From positions 85,533 to 149,532 of the forward strand of contig NMRA01000610.1 of the NCBI GenBank assembly GCA_002633005.1: a DNA stretch of 64,000 nucleotides. The letters run 5' to 3'. The stretch is from Phoronis australis. Taxonomy: Eukaryota; Animalia; Phoronida. Both the position numbers and the translations under genes were made by a program. Under the pieces are notes generated by a model. The model was not told where the DNA came from, made no database searches, and was given only the letters and a program-made list of their open reading frames with translations. Below are positions 35,801 to 48,500 of this stretch, piece after piece (within the stretch, counting starts at the first letter, position 1; each line of letters begins with the position of its first letter).

Positions 35801-38800
35801 GTAGGTAACACTAGCCCGTTAAGCAGACTTTGTAAGGAATTTTCAAATTATGCTCGAAATATTTGAGAGTTGTCAAGGGTTACAGATCGTTATTTTCTTT
35901 CAGACGACTAGATTGGAACGTCATTTTCATTTTCCATTAATAGACAAACATAATAGGTTAATATGCAAAAAATATGGCAGTATTGTATAACTGAGGAGCA
36001 AGGACAAACCTTTATGCATTCCCAACACAGCACCATTTTCAATGTTTATGAAACGACCAGGCTTGGGTGGAACGTATTCCTCCATGAAAGACTTGAAATC
36101 TCTCGAACCAATAAAACAGATACCCATACTCTGGAAATGGACAAAAACGAGCACGGTGAAGTCCTGGCATGCATTCCATAGATATCACAACTTCGCAAAA
36201 ACGCATCATTCACAGGATGTTGCCATGTATTTCAAGCAAAGCGCGTAATCACACTACCTTCTTTAATGATACCCTTGCATCTACTTAACTGGGTCGTGGT
36301 GATACCACAATGCCACTAAAATGTCTTGGAATGACACACACATCTACAAGGAGAAATTATTTAACAATATACAGAGTACTATAATCTACTAATCTCACAA
36401 GAGCAGAATTTAACTGGATCCACCACTTACTTCTTTTTTCGTGGCAATTTTCTCCAGCCCGGCCTCGGCAGCTATATGCTTCACCGCCTCCTTCCTGAGG
36501 CTCCCGACAGGGAACATGACTCTGTGAAGGGGCAACTGGCGAATCTGGGACAGAAAGAAGGTCTGGTCTTTCACCTTGTCAACTGCCTGAAGGAGGCGCA
36601 CAGCTGGGAGAAAGTAAAAAGGCTGTGATTGGTCACATACATATATGACATACATCTAGGGCTGACATGATAGTTGCACGCCATAGCAATATATGTGACG
36701 TTTTCAACCAGCCCATCTTAGTCGCTATACTTCAATAGTAACTTTGGAATACCGATTAATAAAATCTCATTCCAGGTTGGAAACGGCAAATCTGGAGTAA
36801 ACTCATGGACAGTCGATGAAGTAAACCAATTGCTAACAGAGGGCAAACTGAGTTGGTGAGCTAAAGTAGAGATCAAAATTATAGTGAACAAGACTTCCAT
36901 TTAAAAATACTCAAGACTATTTAATAAGGAATAAGGAAATAGCAATTAAAATTAGAGCCTCCACTGCAGTAACGAGCAACATGTAAATGTTTGCTATTGG
37001 CGCGTCAGAAAAATTAATGACTGAGCAGGCCTGACCAGACTTCAGAGAATAACAGTCTTGACTCATTCTTCTAGCTACTTGGTGAATCTGCGTGTACATA
37101 GCAATGATGTCGGAAGCTGGTGCATTCAGAGTCATTTTGTCCCATTATTTGTCGTGTAGACTCTTTTCAACGTGTTACCTTGCTATGTCTTACTAGATAG
37201 GAAACCCAGGCCAGAAGTTGGACGGACATACAATGGTCGAATGTCATAAACACAGCATCCAGAGACTCTCCGGTGATCAAAGCCACACAACCATTAAAGA
37301 TCACTGCAGACTTATGAAATATGTTCTTAGTCAATAGAATTGTTGGCAAGTTTGCAAACCACATAGCTTCAGTCACTTGGAAAATTCAGATAGTCTAGAA
37401 ATATAATAAAGTCCACGTACTTGTTGTTCCATTTTTTTGCTCGGAGCATAAACGAGCGTAGTGACCGGTTGCCATGGCATCAGCACCGCATCTGTTAACG
37501 GCGTGATGGTAGAGAGCGTCGAACTTAATGTGCTTATTGCATAGGATATCGGGGTTGGGCGTCAAACCATCCTGATAGTCTTTTAACATCTCTCTGTAAA
37601 GTAAAACACGAAATTAGAGGATACATCAGAAAAAGAACTGATGGCACTAGAGGGCTAAACTAAAGCAGATCCATCACTGATGTCAACTACAACCAACACA
37701 CTGATGTTCTCTTGAAAGTTTCATAAAATATCAGAGTGAAGAAATGGTAAGCTTGCAGTTTTCCTACCCCACGGATCACTTCTAAACTGAGCAAGGAATA
37801 AAATGCGAAACTAGAGGATACATCAGAAAAAGAACTGATGGCACTAGAGGGCCGTACTTAGCTAAACTAAAGCAGATCCATCACTGATGTCAACTACAAC
37901 CAACACACCGATGTTCCCTTGAGAATATCAGTGTGAAGAAATGGTAAGCTTGCAGTTTTCCTACCCCACGGATCACTTCTACACTGAGCAAGGAATAAGA
38001 CAAGACCAATTTTTATTGGCTTAAATCAAAACTTGTTTTACAGAAAACAAGATATCAGAATTCGACGACGGAATGGGAAATGGTATTTTGTCTGATTACT
38101 TTCATCATGTATTAACACTTTGGTAGTTCTGATTTAGTAATTTGCCACACACCGCTGCAGAGGGATCAAAATACAAACCGTGGCACCAAACATTCCTAAT
38201 CCCTCTCAGTGTACCACGTTTTAGAACATACAACTCACACAAATACATTATTCCAGTACTCCTTGACAAAGTCGACTTCTTGGAAGGGTATGTCCAGCTG
38301 TGCGCAGACAAATCGGGCATCCTCGCGGTCCTTGTCGACAGAACATTTTCCAGTCTCGTCAGCAATGTCCCAGTTGCGCATAAAAATACCAGTCACATCA
38401 TGACCTGTAACAGTTAATATGTCAGTCATGTCAAGCCAGGCTATTCAAATTGGCTGGTCATGGAGAATCCATGCCACGAGGACAACACTTACAGATCTTG
38501 CAACACCAAGACTAGCCTAGGCAAGGTGCTTTACCCCAGCCAAGTAAGAAGTCAAGCCTATTCATAAAGACATGCACTATGGTTAATTGAGCGAGTAAAT
38601 CTTTGGCAGAAGTACCACCTCTGTAATCAGTTCCACCAAGTTAGGTTTATTGCACTGGGGGAGGTGAGTGGGGTGATACTTTGGAAGCGAAACTTATAAA
38701 TCATGCATGTTATGCACTGAGCATAGTCTCAAGTAATATTGAACTATTTGTTCTTTGAAATCCCAGATAACATTTCTCATCAGAGCAAGGAAAAAATTGA

Positions 38801-41000
38801 GACCAATTTTGTAGTCAATAACTGGTCCAAATCAAAAGTTCGCCTCTTCGACGTAACAAGGGATTATGGTCATTTCAAAAGCAATCATGTTTTTACAAAA
38901 CTGGGGAACCAGTTACATTCATCAATATCTTGAGGCCTGTTATTCAATGATTGTTTGGTTACCAAAATCTGGGACCGTAATATCTGACCAGTGGTATGCC
39001 TACCCCCACCCCCCCCTTCCAAAATCCATTATTATCCATTATAAATACCATGGGTGGCACACCATAGGGGGCTGGGGGGGCTATAGCCCCCACTTTTTCA
39101 GTGTTCCGGCACCCATGGTCTATGGGCGGTGTAACACAGGAGGCTGGGGGGGGCCATAGCCCCCCACTTTTTTCAGTGCTGCGCCGCCCATGAATACACC
39201 TGAGAGGGATTCTGTAAACAATGTGATGCACACAAACTAGGTAATTTATCTTGCACGTGTCCAGTATTACCACTATTACACAATAGATTAGTACGTGATA
39301 AAAAGATCGAGATACGCTTCCGTGTGACTTACAGTACAACGACACTTTAAATGAAGTTCCTGCTGAACCATAACAGCGTTTTCCCGATGCTCCCAACTTG
39401 TTCGATTCTATAGCCCAACAACAAGTTGGGAAGATCACCCCTGTAGCCAATATCTTACACTACTGATTGACTCCAGTCTGGCTGGAGGGCCGGCTTTCTT
39501 TTGTTCGATAATTGCTCTAATCTCCGATCAGATCGTAAAATAGCCTGACTGGGCTGTGCTTCTAAAAATGATAGTTAAGCTATAACATATTTGAACATAA
39601 ACCAATAGCATTTCTTAATTCCTTGTCAAATACTGATCACGTTTAGTTTTTAAATCACCAAAATCGCAACTACAACAGAAGTTAAGACAATCGATTCTGC
39701 CAGGTTTCAGTAGCCCCTTGATTCTTGAAACCTGGGAGATAATTGGCCTGCTTGTTGTCATACGGGACGTACAGTCAAGTGACCTAATTATCGGACGTTT
39801 TGGCACATTTTGCATTATATTTAATTGAAAACATTACGGATTGTTGTAAATTGTTTGCTGAAATAAAGATTTACCTTCACGGAATTGTTCTGTTACTATA
39901 TCTTGTCACTGAAAGCCACATTTATGTTCCGACTGATCTTCAAAAAACACAACAACCAAACCTTCGGAGAACCTAAATATCGGACACCATGTTTCTCCAT
40001 ACGCCACACCGCGGAAAACTGACTAACCACGTAATGGCCGCGGGCACCTTGTCGCCAAATTTCAGCTCGAGTGTTTTGACATATATGCTGCTAGAACCCA
40101 GGTCCATTCGCAACAAAATTATCCATGAAATGAAATCTGATGACGGCGCCAAGTCGTTTCGATGAATTAGTGCAGACGACTAAAGCACGTGCAAACTCAC
40201 TGNTCGTTTCAATGAATTAGTGCAGACGAATAAAGCACGTGCAAACTCACTGCAGTTTTTAGTATCACTTAGGCTTCTTGATATGACACCCGCACGTGCG
40301 CGGTCGGGGTTTGACTTGAGTTTAAAAACAAACGAAAAAATGGAACAGTGACATATTGTCAGTTAATGAGATGGTGTCATTGTGGAAAAAGATTTTTATT
40401 TTCAACTTTTGTAACCTATTTATGCGATCGTCCATTTTAGGCCGACTTGGGGGTCTAAATTGCACCCTCTCTCGGTGAAATCAAAACGAGGCAACGCTGT
40501 AAAAAAACGAGACGGTGCCGGACATTGAATGCATTACAACGGAACAAAAATTGGTGTCATTTAATTCTCAGATTATGCTTCAAGTAAGATTCTATGAAAT
40601 GTCCGATATTTAGGTTCCGTCCGATAATTAGGTACCCTATGTGTAAGACAGTGCCGAGCAGTTAACAAATGAGCCAGATGCTATCGCACGTTCAGAACCC
40701 CTCACGCCTGAAAAGTTGCCAAACGACAGAACGCCGTCATGAGGGTTACTTACCTACCTGTCTGAATAGCAGGCACTCTCGCCACACGAGCGACTGATCC
40801 GTTCCTGGTTTCTGTGACTGTGGAGTGTGGTCTGAATATGACCCTGGGATCTAGAGTTTCCAAGACTGGTCAAACGAATAAATTACGATATCCGGACAAA
40901 AAATAGGCATACCTTTATCTTTCAGTAACAAAGCAGCCACAGCGCTGTCAACTCCACCAGACACCGCACAAAACACGCGTTTAGCACACGACTTCAGCAT
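32508..41000 (-). CDS. TRMU: Mitochondrial tRNA-specific 2-thiouridylase 1 (MnmA family), 7 exons, 384 aa
   Basis: Exons 41000-40913, 38404-38239, 37593-37421, 36603-36431, 36130-36010, 33939-33839, 32840-32508 total 1155 nt in frame. PP-loop [61 protein letters not shown]. Confidence 0.96.
32895..33399. mobile_element. hAT-like MITE in TRMU intron 6
   Basis: TIR CAGGGCTTGGAAT / ATTCCAAGCCCTG; ATGTTT on both flanks; internal GCGGAAA subrepeats. Confidence 0.8.
33839..33939 (-). CDS. TRMU: TRMU exon 6
   Basis: ctcag/gtaagt boundaries, 101 nt; [10 protein letters not shown]...[10 protein letters not shown]. Confidence 0.92.
33977..34716. mobile_element. Kolobok-like MITE in TRMU intron 5
   Basis: TTAA|AGGGACACTAAG ... 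CTTAGTATCCCT|TTAA: purine-starting TIRs with TTAA target duplication. Confidence 0.75.
36010..36130 (-). CDS. TRMU: TRMU exon 5
   Basis: tccag/gtttg boundaries, 121 nt; SMGICFIG. Confidence 0.94.
36431..36603 (-). CDS. TRMU: TRMU exon 4
   Basis: cccag/gtaagt boundaries, 173 nt; [12 protein letters not shown]. Confidence 0.94.
37421..37593 (-). CDS. TRMU: TRMU exon 3
   Basis: tacag/gtacg boundaries, 173 nt; [21 protein letters not shown]. Confidence 0.92.
37608..37998. repeat. ~195-bp tandem duplication in TRMU intron 2
   Basis: TAGAGGATACATCAGAAAAAGAACTGATGGC...CTGAGCAAGGAATAA occurs twice with small indels. Confidence 0.9.
38239..38404 (-). CDS. TRMU: TRMU exon 2
   Basis: tacag/gtgag boundaries, 166 nt; [13 protein letters not shown]...VKEYWNNVF. 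Confidence 0.94.
39772..40643. mobile_element. Tc1/mariner (pogo-like) MITE in TRMU intron 1
   Basis: TA|CAGT..ACCTAATTATCGGAC ... GTCCGATAATTAGGT..TG|TA; second internal inverted pair ACCTAAATATCGGAC (39971) / GTCCGATATTTAGGT (40601). Confidence 0.7.
40913..41000 (-). CDS. TRMU: TRMU exon 1 ([29 protein letters not shown])
   Basis: ATG at 41000, G|gtatg donor, 88 nt. Confidence 0.92.
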
Positions 41001-41049
41001 CAACACCTTCGACTCCGACAAGACCCTTGCGACACTAGTTTAATACGCG

Positions 41050-41160
41050 CTTAGTGATTGGGTAAAAATCTATTACTTTTGTCATATCCAATGGAAATTG
41101 TCCTTGCGGTGGTTGGCACGAGATATGGCTGCGCCCATGACAATGTGGGATGTAGCATCC
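41050..41160 (-). promoter_or_regulatory. Candidate TATA-less housekeeping promoter of TRMU
   Basis: CCAAT boxes in both orientations (~41056, ~41088), YY1-like AGATATGGCTGC (41121) and ZNF143/SBS-like CTACATCCCACA (- strand, ~41144-41155) within 160 nt of the ATG; motif resemblance only. Confidence 0.35.
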
Positions 41161-44100
41161 GCTCAGACCTGTGAGCATAGGCGGATTTAGGGGGGGGGGG
41201 GNCCCGGTAATTAAAATTATACGGATGAAAAAATGATGTAAATGTGTGCAGTTTTAGTGTTGGGGGGGGGGCTCAAATTCAATTTCAAGTGTCAAATTCG
41301 GAACACAGCGCATTCGTAACAGAACTATGGCTAAGTATAGGCTCTCCGGCGATATCCCAGGCGACCGGCAGTAGCGCTGCGCACTACGACTCAGTTTCCG
41401 ACGTCTGCTCCACTGTGCAATGAACTGAGAAAATTTACTTCATTTTTTAAAGAAAATGGAACCTGAGTGACGATGAAAAAGCAGAAGCTGCTGGTAAAAT
41501 GTGAATTTTAATCGAAGCCTTAGTGAATCACTCAGAAACTCGCAATACTCTCTTTGTCAAACCTTACGTTAAGACGATTTCCAAAGCAATCCCACGGTCA
41601 TTATTGCCAACACGAAAAAACGGGATTTGGTCTTTTGGACATTTGAAGACTATTTTAAATACGACAAATTTGTTAAGAATCGATGGCACAAAACGTGTAA
41701 TAAGCATTACAAAAAGAAGTAGGTTTCGCGCGCAAACGCTGTGGACCATAAACAAGTACGTCTCTTAGTGTGAGATTTGTAGTTAAATCGTGTTGGTGTA
41801 ATGGTAACGCACGCGCGCAGTATTCGCAAGGTCGTGAGTTCGAGTGTTTGATACATGCAGTTTTTTCTGTTAGACACGTTCTAAGTGTTTTATTTTGCCT
41901 TTTTTCTCTTGGATAATACTTCAGAAATGAAGGAAAATGCTTGATTTTTAGAGGTAAAAACAGAAAAATTTCCTGGGCGGGAGGGGGTTTGCCCCCCCCC
42001 CCCATTCGGTGCTATGCACATCTACAATCGTGGTTCAGTTTGCGCAAATGTTTACAGCCGGACAAAATGTTGGCCTCCCCCTTGTGATATCCTAGATCTG
42101 CCACTGGTGAGTGAACCTCAATTTTCGAAATTTAACTTGAATGTCCTCGACGTAAGCCCTTTTAGTCGTATCCCCGCAGGAGGGTATGCGTGGCGGCGGC
42201 TAGCGTGCCCCAGTTCCCTTCGGGGGGGGGGACATTTTTGACAAGATTCCCACAGGAGTGTGTCAAAAATTGCTGAGATACCTCCTGTTGCGAGTGTGTC
42301 AGGTCTGCTAATTACCACATCCTTTTTCCCCCGGGCTATTTTTTCTTAGTGCTCCACCTCTTTTGCGGGGTGAATGGAAATTAATAGGGGCGCCGTTCGT
42401 TGGATCCCGGCCGCACGGGTCCCACAAACTTGCTGAAAAAAGTGCCTCCTACCTGCAATTTTTGGTACACGTCTGCGGGCTCCATGTCATGTAGTGACCC
42501 CACGCCCAGGGGTCAATTCCCGCCCGTGAAATTAATTAATCCGGTGTCCTGAAGCTATCGTGGCTGTATGTCGAGACACCGCCCTCATGAATGCACTGAA
42601 ATGGGCCATGCCGGCGAATATAATTTCTCAGTGTTGGGGCACTCCTTTGTTTTCTCGTTCACAAATCCTGTTTCACGATTATATGGCCAGGCCTAGACGA
42701 GCTTTGGACGCCGGAGTGCCGTGCGCAACCATGTCCGAGCCGAGTCCACTCCCTCACAAGACAGTAGGCCTACTTTAGTTTTTCCATGCGCTCAATATTT
42801 ATTTTTCATGAAGAGTAATTTAAGTTCAAAAAGGAAAAAGTTAAGCTCCTATTTTTTTCCTATGAATTGTGCATTTGCGCCTTTTTAGTGGACTTATGTC
42901 TCGTTTTCTGTTACTTTTTGTTTCTCCGAGGCGTACTTTTTTGCCCATTCACTTTGCCAAACGGGGGGGCTCGTTCGATCCCCCCGAGCCCTCCCCCTGC
43001 ATGAGTGCGCGCATGATACTATTAGTACATTTTCACACCTTTTTCGATTTGATTAAACTTTTTGCAGGGCCAAGTGAACAATTGATTTTTTAACACATTC
43101 ACTGAAGTCTAAAACAGTGCCCCCTGGCAAAACAACTCAGATGCTTAGTTAAAAATTCAACTGTAATGCCGTCCTGTGCGCGGTTGTAGTTTGAAATTCA
43201 CAAATTTACCTCTCGATGATAGTTTCAAGCGGAAGTGAAGCCGAGGAATAGTGGCTACATTGGGCAATCTGATGACGGCGCAGGTTACAATCAAAATGTA
43301 TGCTTTGTAATTAAAGGCATTTTCACTAAACAGAATTATTGTTGGAGTTAAAACACTCTCAACTAATTTGTTCATTTAGTTAGTCATACCAACTCTCTTA
43401 AATGCGAGGTGTATCACGTTGGCTCTTTGAAAGGTTAAGTAGATCCTATTTCACACCAGTTGAAAATAGTGAGTGGGAAGTATAAGTTTGATACTTTGTA
43501 TTTGTAATTATAAAATAATTGGTCTTCAAGTTTTAAAAAGACGCAGTTTTTTTCTTTTTTAATTACTATGACTAACTCGAGACATTTTGAACTTATGGTT
43601 TAATTATAAACGCACAAGAACAAGAACACGTGACTGTATTTTTGGATTTGGACAATTGCAGACAAGAATGCACGAGTCGTCATACGTATGAGTGAGATAA
43701 CACGTGCACATCTGACACAACAAAAATGAACATAATAATGTCTGCACTTGATTGACTTGGCCGGTTTGGCCCGGTGAGATATATCATTGATTTGTAAGCC
43801 GGAAGTCGTCATCGATAACCAATCTGATGTCTTACGCAGTTGACTGGCGAAGGCAATCAAGTGCACCCAACAGCAACGGACAAGCCGCTGTGCAAAAATA
43901 CAGAATCATCCGCTCGAATCACTTGCTATCCGAATGTGCGGACAATTCGGTGTTTGTGCGGATGAGTTTGAGACGCACGTTTTTTGTTCACGTACACAAT
44001 TTTGTGGTTCTTGTGATTGTTTAAGTTGTGCGAATGGTATCAGGCTCGTGTGTACTGCTGTCTGGTATCATAGAAACAGAAGCACCAAAATTATGACTTC

Positions 44101-45240
44101 AGAAAACTAATCACTTGTAGTGTACACAACAAAAACAAAATTAAACCGACGTTATTCTATTCTCAAAAATGAAACCTGACTATTTGCAAACTAGACATTA
44201 CGATTTTTACTGTTCACTTAACAGTGTATAGCTTAAAACCTACGAAAAGTCAACTTTATGTTTTCTCAAAACCGGTACTGAATACACGTACACGTCATTC
44301 AGACAACATTAACAACAATTTCAAGTTAAAGCAAGTGTGAACGGGCCTTAAGGCGCAAAAAAATAATCCACTTACCGTCACGAAATTGATCTCAAATTGT
44401 TTCTTAATCAATATAGATGTGATTTCTGGGCACCGTCACAACTGACAGATCGTTATTACTTGTGACTGCAAGCTTCACAAGTTGACGTGTCACGGCGTGT
44501 CATTTTATTCGCCGAGCATACACTCAGCGATTAAAGGATTGTTCCTCGCAAGGCCAAAAATCGATTCTCACTAGGAGAAAGTCTAGACCAATATTTTGGT
44601 GGCAAGTGTTCTATATCAAAATTTCGTTTCTTTGATAGGAACGCCTGTTTATTGCTTCTTTAACAAAGCCTAAGCCTACATGTGATCGACTACGCACTAA
44701 ATGTCATCGGTAAGTCCAGGTTCCGACTTTCAAATCGCCTCTTCGTTACCCGTTTTGTAATTGCAACGGCGCATTTGTCATCAGTGAGAACTAACTAACT
44801 ACCCGCTTGCGAGAGAGCGCATGAAAAATAAACATAACAAAGGACTATTCTTCACGTATACCTGTAGCAATAACAATATGGCGTCACCCCAAAGGATGAA
44901 TTAAGGTAAGTAATAAAATATTGTAAAACTTCCCATACACTTTAAACATGTCTTGCTTAATTTCGCATGTAATTTAAATACACACAATGTCTATTAAAAT
45001 AGAATACAAAGCAATAAATAAAATACTTGGCCGCTATAACTGCACACATCAGGTTCACAATAGGTGTAATACACGTAATAAGTTAATTATTAAAATATCA
45101 TTTACAAAATGAGCTTATGCATTGCTTAAGTAAATAAATATAATTGATCCGCTTTTCTCGTTATGCACAACTACTTATGACTAGAACACCGTAGGAGCTC
45201 ACGAATCGATATAAAATTAAATTGTAATACTATAAAGTTT

Positions 45241-45527
45241 CGCCTTGTCCACACGACAACTTCTTTACGGATACAACTTCCGTTCACACGCCGTACGTGC
45301 TTTCATTGAATTTGAAAACAAAAACCCAAACTTTGGAAGAAAAACTTTCGAAAACATTTTTTCTTTACAGATGTGGCTTCCGTCTACACCTGTCCAATGG
45401 GTCCTACTGGCAACTAAAAGCGTAGTCTTTTGAAACGCTTTTCAGAGTAGATTTTTTGAAAACGCATTTTTTCATTACGGACACTTTCGTCGACAAAGAA
45501 TGAAAACGTAATCGTGTGGACAGGGCC
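45241..45527. mobile_element. PIF/Harbinger-like MITE
   Basis: GCCTTGTCCACACGA ... TCGTGTGGACAGGGCC|TAA inverted termini. Confidence 0.65.
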
Positions 45528-48500
45528 TAAGTTACAGGTTGTCAGTTTTCAAATACACTGGCGGATCTAGGATAAGAGGGAGAGGGGGTCCGACCACGAT
45601 GTACATTAAAGTACAAAAGGCAGACAGTTCACAATAGCCCTACAACAGAGATCGCGTTTGCATGGGCGATCAGTCCTAAATGCGTCTATGTCCAATTTTT
45701 GTTATAATCTCAGCTGAAAACAACGAAGAGAGGTTACTGGCAAAAGGCGCGTGGTTTAAAATCCAAAAATATATCACTGAGTAGTCCACACGATACATTG
45801 AATTTGAAGGTATTCAGTGAGGGCAGTGTGCTCGAATAAACAGTTTGAAGCCAACACATGTCCTAAAATCTGTGAGATTCAACGAACATTACAGGTTTTT
45901 ATGTCATGGGCTATTTCTCATTGTCTCTAACAATTAAAGACAAGGGACAACGATACAGCAAATTACTCGAGATTTACCTGGTGGTGCTTGTTAAACAAGG
46001 TCCATAACCCGTGCATGCATTCACGCAAGGAGGCCGTGGGATCCACAGCTTTCACATGCCGAGACGTTCCAACGTTGGTGAACGAGTGTCTGCTATCAGT
46101 CTAGACAGATGTTAAAAGGGAACATTTTTGATTTGCACCACTTAGGGAATATCGAGTCGATCATTAAAACAAACATTACCTAAGGCCTATCATTCATTAA
46201 ATATACAGCATGTTTTTTAAAACCACGATTTATTACATTTGAGCGGGTTAAAGGCGATTCTGTCACGGATTTTGTTGAGCCATATAAAACACCTGTAACA
46301 ACTATCAAGTATCTGTATACGTGATGAATATGTATGAATTTGCCACAGCACGGGTCCCTTGGACACTCCCGGAACATAAATGGCGAGATCTGGTTGAAAA
46401 CTTTTCTCCATCAGACTCATTTTCTGCTATCAGCACTGAAAAAAAAGAAGTAATAAATGTACATACAAAATGCTTAAAAACGATTTAAAAAGACCGGGCA
46501 GCAAACAACGACGTCCTACATAGTCCAGCTTCAGTTCTGGGTCTGTGTACACGCGACTCGCCTGAGTATCCGACGACGGTAGGCCTATCCGTAAACCCAC
46601 GTATATCATACTTGCGCATCAAGTCGGAAGTGGCACGCCGACGTAAAATATCAAAATGAATTTGCCGTGCGCATCTACTGTAAGAGGTAGAATTGCAATT
46701 GCTGAGGACCCTAAACGCATGTTTTTTGGGTCTTGTTACATGAAACATGACTTAATCGTCAAGTTTTCGACTTGAAGTAAATTCCCACTTCAGGTATTCT
46801 TAGCACAATCTGAACCGTGGCCGTTAGGGCCCATGAACGACGTGAACGGAACTGCGATTATATGCGAAACGTAGGCGCACGCGTCAACATGCGGACCACT
46901 TGGGTAAAAAAGACCGCGAAAACCCCTTATTCCGGATACTAGGCCCACGGGCCTAAAAGCGTGGCAATACGGTAGTACAAAACAATTTTTCAAATTTCTT
47001 GAAAACACGCCAAGGAACTTCAGATACACAGGTAAACGTAAAAACATGCCATTAGGAGGCACCTCCCCCCTGGGTGCGCGCATGCAGAGGAAGTTAAAAC
47101 TGGTGCCGCCGCCTATTAGCGAATTAATACATATTAGACTTATGCCGGCAGGGGACATTGCGTGGGCGAAACTTAGGCACATGCGCCATTATGCATAGGC
47201 CGGTGGGCCTAATGGCGCGGCAATACGGTACTCTGAAATATGCTGTGTAGGCTACACACATCCGAATAAATGCAAAAAGGTTTAAGCTATTAACAGCATC
47301 TGGAGAAAGTCGGTGAGAATGCTCACGTCTCAAGCTGCAGTATTGTAAAGCCAGAAAGCAAGGTAAGCTGACAAACAAATGCTGCACGAGTTACTGGCAT
47401 TGTTATGCACTATTTTGGCGGAGGCTTCCGCATGGCCGAGGCCTTGGAACCCGAGCCCACCCAAAGCAGTGTTTCATGCACCACACGACTGAGAAGTGAT
47501 GTCCGGGGGGGAAATGGGAAATCACGAACAGTGCATTGCTCATGTGATTTGAATCAATTATCCTGAAGTTATGCATGCTGAAACATCAGTTGTTGACATG
47601 CAACCCACCTGCGCCGAGTTCCGTTGACCCAAGACACAAACTGGTGTGACCACGTGCTTCGCATGTAATTCATGGCGATACCTCGCGAAGACTTGCGTGA
47701 TCTTCCGTTTTCGTAAGATTCTTGCGTCTACGGAACACAGCTAGCACTGAACTCAGCCAGCGGCTTCTTTCCCATTATGTAGGTGATGGCTAGTCACCCG
47801 GATGGTACACCGATGATCTGGCCGAATAATTTGAAGCTGGGGAAATTCGTTTTTACAATGTTTAAGTCTCCTTTTAACTTGTTTATTTTGTTTCGCCTCC
47901 AATTCACTAACTATATAATTAAACCGGACGGGTACCCAGTGTCGGCACGTTACCTCGTGCTTCAAAACAGCGTGTCGTCGCGACAGGTTGGCAGAATGAC
48001 GTTATTTCTCATGGTTCACATTTCACGTGGAGATTTAGCATAGAAATGGTGATTTGTCTTCAGCTGAGGCAAGGAGACGCATCCTTATCGTTACACTCGT
48101 TAGAACATTGCTTGCCTTCAGTCATTTTTTCGACAAAGACGATTCATGCGGCTACAAACACGCATTTCATCCAAGAAGAGAACTTTCAATTTAGACCTAT
48201 CCACTTAACGTTACGAAACATGTCTTAACTACTTCCTTACTCCAATGAGAAGGGATTTATGAGTTTGCAAAGAACAGACAGTTCGGTATTCTTCGAAACC
48301 TTGCTAACTCCCGCCGTGAGACAAGCCAACTAAAAGACCTGGGCTGGGTTGCATAAAGCTTCAAAAGTTATCCGCTGGATAAATTTGATTGTTGCATGAC
48401 GTCAGGTGCATTGTTCAACAATAACAACGTGACGCGTGATAATGCGATTCTTTGTTGCTGTACGACGCATAACTTTTATGTAACCACTAGGCCCTGATCA

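Noticed and set aside
40154-40252. 49-bp direct repeat
   Set aside because: The copies sit exactly either side of a single N, so this is a contig-overlap artefact.
43827-44024. THAP-like fragment (W...YRIIRSNHL..EC)
   Set aside because: Too short and degenerate to call; zinc ligands missing; at best TE debris.
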